From Nitrosomonas sp. (GTDB lineage: Bacteria > Pseudomonadota > Gammaproteobacteria > Burkholderiales > Nitrosomonadaceae), in assembly GCA_016721865.1 (NCBI GenBank), contig JADKHF010000006.1, positions 4,235 through 68,234 on the forward strand: a stretch of 64,000 nt of DNA, in the 5' to 3' direction. The notes beneath the pieces were generated by a model, which saw nothing but the letters and a program-made list of their open reading frames with translations, did no database searches and was not told the origin of the DNA. This document shows positions 22,940 through 32,451 of the stretch, piece by piece. The position numbers and the translations under genes were made by a program. Position 1 is the stretch's first letter. Each line of letters begins with the position of its first letter.

Positions 22940-23949
22940 ATGAAACTCCAGCAACTTCGCTATGTATGTGAAACCGCCAATCAGGATATGAATTTATCCA
23001 AAGCGGCAAAGAAATTAAATACTTCCCAACCCGCTATCAGCAAGCAAATACAAATGCTTGAGGAGGAGCTTGGCGTTGATATTTTTTTGCGCAATGGTAA
23101 ACGTATTGTGCAAATAACCCCGCCCGGACAACTGATCATAAGAACTGCCGCCAGAATGCTTCGCGATGCCGACAATCTAAAAAAATTGCGCAGGAATTTA
23201 CTAATGAAGTCGACGGTACACTGTCTATCGCCACAACGCACACGCAAGCGCGCTATGCCTTACCCCCGGTGATCAAGCGCTTTACCGAACGTTACCCAAA
23301 AGTCAAATTAATCCTGCGGCAAGGAAGTCCGATGCAAATTTCTGCTTTAGTGACTTCGGGTGAAGCGGACATTGCGATTGCCACTGAAGCCATTGAACAA
23401 TTTCAAGAATTGATATTACTGCCGTGTTATCAGTGGAATCGATGTGTCGTTGTGCCACCCAAGCACCCCCTTCTGAAGATAAAAAAACTAACATTGGAAA
23501 TAATTAATCAGTATCCTATTATTACATATGATTCTGCTTTTACCGGGCGCTCAAAAATCAATCAGGCGTTTGCAAGCCGGGGGCTTGAACCCAATGTGGT
23601 GCTGACTGCTCTTGACTCTGATGTGATCAAAACTTATGTTGAACTGGGACTGGGTATTGGTATACTGGCAAACATGGCTTTTGATCCCAAACGGGACAAA
23701 AATCTCAGATCCATAGATGCCAGCCATCTGTTTGAACCCAGCACGACACGCATCGGTATCAGCCGCAACAGCTATATACGTGGTTATGTCTTCGATTTTA
23801 TCGAAATGTTCGCACCGCATCTTGATCACGCAAGTATTCAAGCCAAACTGGAAAGTATTCAATATGATGACTTAGAGATTGCAAATTCATCCCCATTGAA
23901 AACTAACATCCAATCATTTATTGAGGCAAAAAATGAAAAAACTACTTAG
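22940..23949 (+). CDS. cysB: LysR-type regulator CysB/Cbl (frameshift in A run 23179-23185)
   Basis: MKLQQLRY, SQPAISKQI, IATTHTQARYALP (restored frame), DSDVIKTYVELGLG. Confidence 0.92.
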
Positions 23950-24484
23950 TCTGATATTAGCATCACTAATACTGGCATTCATTGCCCTTGGATCCGGCGC
24001 TTACAATATGGCAGCGACAGAAAAACACTGGGGTATCACTGAAAAGATTATCGAATGGGTACGTGAAAGCTCCATCGAAGCACGCGCCAGGAACCTGGAA
24101 GTACCTTCTCTGGATAATGCAGCGGTGCTGCTGAAAGGTGCAGAACACTACAACGCCATGTGCATAACTTGCCATCTGGCTCCCGGTTTTAAGCCGACAG
24201 AACTGTCTATCGGTTTGTATCCGCAAGCGCCTGTATTCCATCAACGCGAATCAGTCGATGATCCAGTCAAGAAATCAGAACGCCTCAGAGAACATTTCTG
24301 GGTAATAAAGAATGGCTTAAAAATGACTGCCATGCCAGCCTGGGGGCTTAGTCACGATGATGATTCGATCTGGGCGATGGCGGCCTTTGTTGTCAAAATG
24401 AGCCAGATGACACCTGAGCAATATGAGAATCTCATCAGCTCTGCCAAAGATCACTCGCATGATCATGAGCACAGTAGTCATTAA
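23933..24484 (+). CDS. Monoheme cytochrome c with His-rich tail
   Basis: N-terminal TM/signal, CITCH, GLKMTAMPAWG, tail HSHDHEHSSH; GAGG RBS. Confidence 0.85.
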   Translation: MKKLLSLILASLILAFIALGSGAYNMAATEKHWGITEKIIEWVRESSIEARARNLEVPSLDNAAVLLKGAEHYNAMCITCHLAPGFKPTELSIGLYPQAPVFHQRESVDDPVKKSERLREHFWVIKNGLKMTAMPAWGLSHDDDSIWAMAAFVVKMSQMTPEQYENLISSAKDHSHDHEHSSH

Positions 24485-24555
24485 CTTGAATAGCAAAATA
24501 CCAAGATTCAGCTCAGCCTGATTACCTGATCTGCTGCTTAGCAAGGTAAATAATT

Positions 24556-24984
24556 TTGATTCAATCGGTTCTTTCCAAGAATCTTATAGCAAGCTATCTG
24601 TGCGCAAATTATCGGATTGGCACTGGCCCTGAATCAATTTCCCTACGAATTGATCAATACTCAGAACCACTCGCAAAATTCCTGATTTCAACCGAACAAC
24701 CTTGCGCTGCCATTATCAGCGCCTATAATCCATACAGTCTGCGGTTAAGCAATGAAGAAAATTGTGCTGCACACGAATCGCTCAGGGATTTCCTGAATCG
24801 TCATTCCTGTCCAATCATTGAATGTTTAAATACTGATCCGACTGGCGCTTGGCCTGAAGAAAAAAGTTTTTTTGTGCCCGGACTGGATCTGTACACATCG
24901 CGGTCATTGGGGCAGCAATTTGCTCAGAATGCGATCGTATGGATCGGCAGTGATGCAATTCCACGCTTAATCCTGCTGCGCTAG
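24556..24984 (+). CDS. DUF3293 family protein
   Basis: ISAYNPYS, W.EEKSF, GQQFAQNAIVW pattern. Confidence 0.75.
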   Translation: MIQSVLSKNLIASYLCANYRIGTGPESISLRIDQYSEPLAKFLISTEQPCAAIISAYNPYSLRLSNEENCAAHESLRDFLNRHSCPIIECLNTDPTGAWPEEKSFFVPGLDLYTSRSLGQQFAQNAIVWIGSDAIPRLILLR

Positions 24985-25140
24985 GTGTTGTAATGAAATC
25001 CAACTGAAATTAGATAAATTATAGAATAGCAAAATATCTGCAAAAAACCACCCATCTCTAAATCAGCATTTAACTTCAATTCATTAAAAACAGCTCTATT
25101 TTTAGCAGAATCCAATTTTCAGGAATCATTCTTTACAAGA

Positions 25141-25666
25141 ATCAAACTTCAGTAATCGCTACCTGCAATTCCTGAAACAACAACCGGAAACTCTTCGGTG
25201 GTTTGTCAGCCGATTTTTCTTTCTGAGCATTGCGGATCAGCAGCCTTAAACGCCGCAAGTCGGCTTGCGGATATTTCTGGGCGAATTCGGTGATCGCGTG
25301 TTCGTCACTCAGCAAGCGTTCGCGCCAGTGTTCAAGCTGATGCAGCCAGGGTGTTTTGCACGGTAACCTGTGTAATGCGGTGTCAAGAAGCTGCTATCAT
25401 AGCGTTTTCATGAATGTTATTCCATTTGATTTGTTTTTTTACGTTCGAAGCTTTTATTTCAATCCCGCATAAATTTTCTGTCACAACGCTATTTATGAAC
25501 AATCTGCCTGTATCTGATTCCCGATTCTCCTATCCCTTGAGCACACTGCAACAAATTGCCCGCGATATTTTGCTGCATGCCAAACAGGGTGGTGCTACCG
25601 CCTGTGAAACCAATGTTTCCGATGGATTTGGTCAAACCGTTACGGTGCGTCAGAATGCCGTGGAAA
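25141..25666. repeat. Diverged partial direct duplicate of 28304-28510 plus 28805-29124 (yjgA ends, intergenic region, pmbA 5' end)
   Basis: Alignment by eye shows near-identity with scattered substitutions and an internal deletion of about 290 bp. Confidence 0.92.
25142..25361 (-). pseudogene. yjgA: yjgA/darP copy with out-of-frame internal deletion
   Basis: GTG CAA AAC ACC start joined directly to the C-terminal third, giving an early TGA. Confidence 0.85.
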
Positions 25667-25734
25667 TGGAAAGCTCGATGCGCGACTACATCGCCGCCAG
25701 GTTGCGCTTCTCGCGCGAGCGCCCGGCCGCCTGA
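25495..25734 (+). pseudogene. pmbA 5' fragment fused in frame to the 3' end of a foreign gene
   Basis: MNNLPVSDSRF...QNAVE matches the PmbA N-terminus at 28953; then GC-rich MESSMRDYIAARLRFSRERPAA*. Confidence 0.85.
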
Positions 25735-25739
25735 GCGCA

Positions 25740-26940
25740 ATGGCCAGCGTGCTTCTGCTGGGTGCCGGCCGCGGCCAGGTGCCGGCCTACAGGGCGGCCC
25801 GGGACTTGGGGCTCGACATCATTGCCGTCGACCCCGATGCGCAGGCGCCAGGGCTGGCGCTGGCCGCGCACCGCTACAGCTTCGACCTCGGCGACATCGG
25901 GCGGCTGATCGCGCTCGGCCGAAAGCATGGCGTGGTGGGCGTGTTCACGATGGCGGCTGACTATCCCATCCCAGCACTTGCCGAGGTTTGTGCCGCGCTG
26001 GCGCTGCCTGGGCTCACGCCCACGGCGGCACACCAGGCCACCCACAAGCACCGGATGCGCGAGGTCTTCGCCGAACACGGCGTGCCCGTGCCCGAGTTTC
26101 ATCACGCGGCGAGTGCTGAGCAGGCGATCGCACTGGCGCGCCGACTGCCCGGAGACGCGATAATGAAGCCCGCGCTCAGCCAGGGCGGGCGTGGCGTCAC
26201 CCGCGTTGCTCGCGATGCTGATGAGGCTGTCCTGATCACCGCCTTTGCCCATGCGCTGCGCCAAACGCGTGCCGACGGTGTAATGGTCGAAGCTTTTGTC
26301 GAGGGTCCGGAGTTCTCGGTTGAGACACTCAGCTGGCGCGGCCAGCACCGCGTCATCGCTATCACCGAGAAACTCAGCAGCGGTGCGCCGCACTACGTCG
26401 AGCTCGGGCATGGCCAGCCCACCGTGTGTTCACTCGACCAGTTGGAGCAGCTGTCTGTTACGGCGCTGGCCGCGGTGCAGGCGCTGGGCATCAGCGACAG
26501 CGCCGGCCACAGCGAAATCCGCCTGAGTGCCAGCGGACCGCAGCTGATGGAGACCGGTGCACGACTGGGCGGAGGCTTCATCTGCAGCCATCTGGTGCCG
26601 CTGTCCACCGGCGTCGATCTGGTCGAGGCCGCGCTTATGGTAGCTCTGGACCGTTTGCCCGATCTGCAGCCGCGTCGTGCGCCACGCGCCGCGGCAATCC
26701 GCTTTCTGACCGCTGCACCGGGGCAGGTGCGCTGTGACGGGCGTAGCCGAAGCGCTCGCCATCGCCGGTGTCGAGCAGCTCGACGTCTATTGCCGGCCAG
26801 GCGACCGAGTAAGCTTGCTGACCGATGCCACCGCGCGCTGCGGCCATGTAATCGTCAGCGCCGATAGCCACGCCGCCGCCGCGGCAGGCGCCGAAGCAGC
26901 GCTGCGCTGCATCCGCATCGAGACCGAAGCGCATGGATGA
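25740..26940 (+). CDS. ATP-grasp domain protein (GC-rich; frameshift near 26732)
   Basis: LLLGAGRGQ, HKHRMR, MKP..SQGGRGV, VEAFVEGPEFSVE, HSE, ETGARLGG; C-terminal RCGHVIV in the second frame. Confidence 0.85.
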
Positions 26941-27706
26941 ACTGCTGGATTCGCTGGCCACAGGGGGCGGCGGCTCAGCGCGAGCCCGCTTCGAGACACT
27001 GCACGCCGAGCTGCGTCAGGACGGCTGGCTGGGCGCCTGCGCCATCGGTTTGGCCGGTGTCGAGGGCTACAGTCACGAGGCCTTCATCGCGGCCTGCGAG
27101 GCTCGACCCGGCTTGATCCCGATCGCCGGCTTTGACCCGGCGCAGGACGCCACACCGCAGGCCTTGCAGCGCTTACGTGCGCTGGGCTTTCGCGGCATCA
27201 AGATCCATCCGCGCTTCTCGGGTCTGACGCGCCAGCCGGGCAGGCTCGGCCCCGTGTTGCGCGCCGCGTCCGATGCGGGCCTGGTGGTGTTCTTCTGCAC
27301 CTATCAGCATTGTGGTATCGAGCACTACCCCGACGGCGATCCGTTCAACTCGCTGGTGGCTATGCTACGCGAGGCGCCTGAGACCCGCGTGGTGCTGGTG
27401 CATGGCGGCGATGTGTCGTTGCTGCGCTATGCGCAGCTGGTGCGGCACAACCCGCAGCTGCTGCTGGACCTGTCGATGACGCTGATGAAGTTTCCGGGCA
27501 GTTCGGTCGATGCCGACCTGGCCTTTCTGTTCCGTCATTTCGACCGCCGCATCTGCATCGGCACCGACTGGCCCGAGTACGGCATGGCCGAAGTGCGGGC
27601 GCGCTTCGAACAGTTCGCCGCGGGCCTGCCGGAAGACAAGCGCCGCAACATTGCCCATGCCAATCTTCTCGGCTTCCTCGGACTGCAGCGCGACGGGCTT
27701 GTGTGA
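26933..27706 (+). CDS. Amidohydrolase_2-family protein (GC-rich)
   Basis: GFRGIKIHP, VVLVHGG, IGTDWPE; overlaps the ATP-grasp stop codon. Confidence 0.8.
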   Translation: MDELLDSLATGGGGSARARFETLHAELRQDGWLGACAIGLAGVEGYSHEAFIAACEARPGLIPIAGFDPAQDATPQALQRLRALGFRGIKIHPRFSGLTRQPGRLGPVLRAASDAGLVVFFCTYQHCGIEHYPDGDPFNSLVAMLREAPETRVVLVHGGDVSLLRYAQLVRHNPQLLLDLSMTLMKFPGSSVDADLAFLFRHFDRRICIGTDWPEYGMAEVRARFEQFAAGLPEDKRRNIAHANLLGFLGLQRDGLV

Positions 27707-27779
27707 CAATCCGGGGCATGCAATCCACTGAGCAAGAACTTTGCCTCGAGGGCTTCCAGCGCGTGACCGCCACCTTTGG

Positions 27780-28075
27780 AAAAGGTGAATAAAATTCTGG
27801 CCAAAGCGCTGAATAAGTGTAATCGCACCGGTTTGTATATCATGCCGCATCAATCCGGTCTTGCTTGATCAAAAAAATTGAAATGGTGCGGGAAATAACC
27901 TGCAATACGGGTGAGATCAGATGCGGATGGGCAGCGAATAGAGTCCGCAGTGGAATTGGCAGTGAGAGAACCCATTGGCGCACGGGTGCATTGGGAATGA
28001 TGTGATCGACCAGGTGAGCAGCCATCTGCCCCATGCGCCTCCCACCGCACGAAGGACAGAATCCTCGCCGCTTAT
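27780..28075 (-). mobile_element. IS91-family (rolling-circle) transposase internal fragment
   Basis: KRRGFCPSCGGRRM..AAHLVDHIIP..PVRQWVLSLP then (frameshift) QTGAITLIQRFG; breaks off at about the HUH motif. Confidence 0.85.
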
Positions 28076-28110
28076 ACTTATTCTAATGGCTTCCATTAGA
28101 AAATTTTCCT

Positions 28111-28278
28111 AATGGAGAATCCGGAATTGCTGCGAACACCGCTTTGAGGCTTGGTAAATATTTTGGTGCACATCCGCAATCGTGGATGAATCTTCAATCA
28201 CACTATGATCTGGAGATGGCTGAACAGAGTCTTGGCGATAAGCTGGAAAAGGAAGTGCATCCTCGTCCCGCGGCTTAA
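28111..28278 (+). pseudogene. higA: HigA-family antitoxin C-terminal remnant
   Basis: Manual translation NGESGIAANTALRLGKYFGAHPQSWMNLQSHYDLE...HPRPAA*; no start codon, no toxin. Confidence 0.8.
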
Positions 28279-28304
28279 TAGGATGCTTGGTCACTTTCTA
28301 ATCA

Positions 28305-28817
28305 TCAAACTTCGGTAATCGCTATCTGCAATTCCTGAAACAACAATCGAAAACTCTTGGGTGGTTTGTCAGCCGCTTTTTCTTTTTGCGCATTTCGGAT
28401 CAGCAGTCTTAAACGCTGCAAGTCGGCTTCCGGATATTTCTGGGCGAATTCGGTGAGCGCGTGTTCATCACTCAGCAAGCGTTCGCGCCAGCGTTCAAGC
28501 TGATGCAGCCGAGCGGTTTGGTGCACCGATGCTTGATGCCAGGAATCTAGTTTTTGCTGAATCGGTTGTGCGTCGACTTCGCGCATCAAGCGGCCAATGT
28601 ATTGCATTTGCCGGCGGCGGGCGCCGTGTTTACTCATGGGCCGGGCAAGGTTGATGGCGTCGATTAAAATTTCAGGCAGATCAAACTCGGCCAGTTTTTT
28701 GGAATCCAGTTCTACTAATTGCTCGCCAATTTCCTGCAAGGCATGCATGTCTTTTTTGCGCTGCGTTTTGCTCGGCGCAGCATCCTGTTCGATATCGTTT
28801 TCCGGGGTGTTTTGCAC
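28305..28817 (-). CDS. yjgA: Ribosome biogenesis factor YjgA/DarP
   Basis: PSKTQRKKDMHALQEIG, RRRQMQYIGRLMR, HQLERWRERLL; divergent from pmbA. Confidence 0.93.
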   Translation of the reverse strand: MQNTPENDIEQDAAPSKTQRKKDMHALQEIGEQLVELDSKKLAEFDLPEILIDAINLARPMSKHGARRRQMQYIGRLMREVDAQPIQQKLDSWHQASVHQTARLHQLERWRERLLSDEHALTEFAQKYPEADLQRLRLLIRNAQKEKAADKPPKSFRLLFQELQIAITEV

Positions 28818-28952
28818 GGTAACCTGTGTAATGCGGTGTCAAGAAGCTGCTATCATAGCGCTTTACATGAATGTTATTCCATTTGATTTGTTTTTTTACG
28901 ACCGAAGCTTTTATTTTCAATCCCGCTTAAATTTTCTGTCACAACGCTATTT

Positions 28953-30311
28953 ATGAACAATCTGCCTGTTTCTGATTCCCGATTCTCCTATCCCTTGAGC
29001 ACATTGCAACAAATTGCCCGCGATATTTTGCTGCATGCCAAACAGGGCGGCGCTACCGCCTGTGAAACCAATGTTTCCGATGGATTTGGTCAAACCGTTA
29101 CGGTGCGTCAGGATGCGGTTGAAACGATTGAATACAATCGCGACAAAGGGTTGTCGGTAACGGTTTACATCGGACAGAAGCGTGGCCATGCCAGTACCTC
29201 GGATTTCTCACCGCAAGCTATCAGCGATACGGTTGCGGCGGCTTTGTCGATTGCCCGCTATACCGCGGACGATGATTGCGCCGGATTGGCCGAAGCGGAA
29301 CTGCTGGCAAAAGACTATCCGAATTTAAATTTATATTATCCCTGGCAAATCAACGTTGAAGACGCTATCGACCTGGCAAAAAATTGTGAGCAAGCGGCGT
29401 ATGCGGCGGATAAGCGCATTACCAATTCCGAAGGCGCTACGATTTCCGTCAGTGAATCGCAATTCATCTATGCCAACAGTCTGGGTTTCATGGGAGGATA
29501 TCCGCTGTCGCGCCACAGCATCAGTTGCGCCATGATCGCTGAACAAGGCGACAGCAAGCAGCGGGATTACTGGTACAGCGTTTCGCGGGATGCCGCTGAT
29601 CTGGAAGCGGTGGAAAGCATCGGGCAAAAGGCGGGCATGCGCAGCGCGGCGCGCCTGGGCGCGAAGAAAATCACCACCTGTGAAGTGCCGGTAGTGTTTG
29701 AAGCGCCGGTCGCTTCCGGTTTGATCGGGCATTTTGCTTCGGCGGTGAGCGGTGGCAATCTTTACCGGAAATCTTCTTTTTTGCTGGATAGCATTGGACA
29801 GCAGGTTTTTGCACCCGATATCCAGATTCTTGAATTGCCGCATCTGCACAAAGGCCTGGCCAGCGGCGCATTTGACGATGATGGCGTAGCGACAGTCGAA
29901 CGCAAGGTGGTGGAAAATGGCATCGTGCAGGGTTATTTTCTGAGTAGTTATTCGGCCCGGAAACTGGGATTGCGCACGACCGGAAACGCCGGTGGCACGC
30001 ATAATCTGATTATGCAGAATGCTGCACCGATGGACTTTGATGCGTTGTTGAAGAAAATGGGCACAGGCTTGCTGGTGACGGAATTGATGGGGCATGGCAT
30101 CAATGCGGTGACCGGCGATTATTCGCGCGGCGCTTCGGGTTTTTGGGTCGAAAACGGGGCAATCAGTTACGCGGTCGAGGAAATCACTATCGCTGGAAAT
30201 TTGAAAGACATGTTTCAGGGAATACTGGCTACCGGTAATGACATTGTGGTGCGCGGATCGAAACAGTGCGGATCGATTCTGATCGACCGCATGACCATAG
30301 CCGGTGGTTGA
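28953..30311 (+). CDS. pmbA: Metalloprotease PmbA/TldE
   Basis: GGNLYRKSSFL, FDDDGV, TGNAGG, TGDYSRGASGFW, EITIAGNL. Confidence 0.95.
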   Translation: MNNLPVSDSRFSYPLSTLQQIARDILLHAKQGGATACETNVSDGFGQTVTVRQDAVETIEYNRDKGLSVTVYIGQKRGHASTSDFSPQAISDTVAAALSIARYTADDDCAGLAEAELLAKDYPNLNLYYPWQINVEDAIDLAKNCEQAAYAADKRITNSEGATISVSESQFIYANSLGFMGGYPLSRHSISCAMIAEQGDSKQRDYWYSVSRDAADLEAVESIGQKAGMRSAARLGAKKITTCEVPVVFEAPVASGLIGHFASAVSGGNLYRKSSFLLDSIGQQVFAPDIQILELPHLHKGLASGAFDDDGVATVERKVVENGIVQGYFLSSYSARKLGLRTTGNAGGTHNLIMQNAAPMDFDALLKKMGTGLLVTELMGHGINAVTGDYSRGASGFWVENGAISYAVEEITIAGNLKDMFQGILATGNDIVVRGSKQCGSILIDRMTIAGG

Positions 30312-30437
30312 AAACGTTGTTTGGAACAGGTTTGGTTTCGTTTGTTTTCCTGCAAGTGCTTAAGGCGGCCCTCGTGATTATGCTTTTAGCCGGTAGGAAA
30401 AAGTAAGCTGCCGGATTCTTAACGGGAAGTTTTACAA

Positions 30438-30668
30438 TCATCTCTTTCTGAGAAAAAAAATAAATTCCTTGTCGAATTCAGATATCGACAATAACTCATT
30501 CCTCGTTTGTTCGGCAAAAACTTGAAAATCAATTACGGAACCCGGATCAGTGGCAACAATTTTCAAGGTTTGCCCGCTGGTCATTCCAGCCAGCGATTGT
30601 TTGGTGCGTAGGATGGGCAATGGGCAAACCATGCCGCGCGCGTCCAGTTCCTTATCTATTTTCTGCAT
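30438..30668 (-). CDS. TusA/SirA-family sulfur carrier
   Basis: LDARGMVCPLPIL, ATDPGS..DF. Confidence 0.9.
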   Translation of the reverse strand: MQKIDKELDARGMVCPLPILRTKQSLAGMTSGQTLKIVATDPGSVIDFQVFAEQTRNELLSISEFDKEFIFFLRKR

Positions 30669-31633
30669 TTTCCGGTAAAGTAGATTGACCAGCTTCTCTA
30701 CGATAAAGTGTAAAGTACCAAATTCTAAAGATTATATTTCTGATCGGTGTTATTTTTCTTCTTCAAGAAGCGATCAAGAATCTGGTAAAGCTGACCAAAG
30801 TCAAAAAGTCTAGGCAGGAAAACGTTCATTCCCGCTCGCATGAATTCTTGTTGATCATGTTCTATAGTTTCAGAGGGGGCTGAAAACTATAGGCGCATCT
30901 GCCAGGTGTGAATCTTGGCGAATGTGCTGGATTGCTTCCACGCCATCCATTTCCGATTTCTGTTTATTATAAAATGACGAAAGTTTGGAGAGCAAAAACT
31001 TGTGGTCTTATAGAGATGTTCAAGGAATTGTGGTAGAGGATGCGGTGTAGAAACAGGAATAAATGCCATTTATCATGCATAAACTGCGCTTTTTCTGCTG
31101 CTTTTTCCTTGCATTGGTTGCCCTCGAATGCGTTTTTCTAAAATCTGTTAATATTTGAAGTTGTATTGCTTTTGAAAGATCGCTGCTTCAGTGTGACCTG
31201 AAGTAGTATCCATATGATTATTAGTAATATTATTTCTTTAGATACTTGTTGGATGTCGATAATAGTTACTTCAAGATATTTTTTATCAGGTTATATCTGA
31301 ATTCAGCAGGTAAAATACACAATTGAATGTATAAATAGTACCATTTGATTGATCTGATCGATAAATCAAAAGAATGTATTATGAGTAATCATATAATTTT
31401 AGTGCTTTGTGCTGCTGTACTTTCAAGCTGATATCCGAATTGCGAAGCATCATTTTGTGATGTTTTTTTAGACTGATTCACAGAAAAATTTCTGGGTCAT
31501 ATATTAAATAACAGACGATTTTCTTGCGGAACCAATGATTCGAGTTTGTATCTGAATTAAGAGTTAAATATATTCAGGATGCCTGACTTTTTATGCGATT
31601 TCTCCTTGCGCTGATGAAACAGTCGAATGGATT

Positions 31634-32317
31634 ATGTTTTATTTAGTACTCGTTATTGCTTTGACAGTACTCATTCTAGGACCGTCTTACTGGGTCAAGC
31701 ATACCCTTAGGAAATACAGTTACCCTGAAGATCGTTACCCGGGTACAGGTGGAGAGCTGGCACGAATTTTATTGGATTGGGCCAATTTACAGGCGGTCAA
31801 GGTGGAGGTGACGGAGCAAGGTGATCATTATGATCCGATAGAGAAATCTGTTCGTCTGACACCGGATAAATTTAATGGCAAGTCGTTGACAGCAATTACC
31901 GTGGCTGCGCATGAGGTGGGGCACGCAATACAGGATCGGGATGGTTATTTGCCGCTAAAATTACGTACGCGATTGATGCAAATAGCTGCTCTGGCTGAGA
32001 AATTGGGTGCGGCTATTTTGATGATTGCTCCCGTCATTACAGTTATCACCCGGGCACCGGTCGCGGGCGCATTGTTTTTTGCCGGTGGCCTGTTAACACT
32101 GGGTGTTGCAACAGTAGTGCATTTGATTACCCTTCCGATGGAAATGCACGCGAGTTTTGCGCGCGCACTGCCGATGCTGGAGCACGGTAAATACCTGATT
32201 CAAGGGGATGAGCCACATGCACGCAAAATCCTGCGCGCAGCAGCCTAGACGTATGTTTCGGCCTCGCTGATAACATTGCTTAATATCGGCCGGTGGTGGG
32301 CAATTCTTCGCCGCTAG
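31634..32317 (+). CDS. YugP-like membrane zinc metallopeptidase with an in-frame TAG at 32246-32248
   Basis: DHYDP, AAHEVGHAIQ, LITLPME..AS; the conserved AAAxTYV tail continues after the stop to TAG 32315-32317. Confidence 0.85.
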
Positions 32318-32354
32318 CTGTTTTGAATTTGTAGATTTTATGCTACATGCAGTC

Positions 32355-32383
32355 TTGACCCCGTAATATAAGCGATTTACCAT
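32355..32383 (+). promoter_or_regulatory. Possible sigma70 promoter for the secretion cluster
   Basis: TTGACC, 17 nt, TACCAT, about 70 nt upstream of gspG. Confidence 0.35.
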
Positions 32384-32451
32384 GTGAGTTTTTGATGGTA
32401 ACTATCTATTTATACATAAATAAAGTAATCGGAAATCTCTTAAGTTAAAGG

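Noticed and set aside
25141-25666. Duplicate as a pure assembly artefact of one locus
   Set aside because: Differences are codon-position-biased substitutions plus a clean deletion, unlike the indel error pattern; a two-strain chimera is still not excluded
25556-27853. Many overlapping alternative-frame and antisense ORFs in the GC-rich segment
   Set aside because: Expected from stop-codon scarcity at high GC; no recognisable motifs
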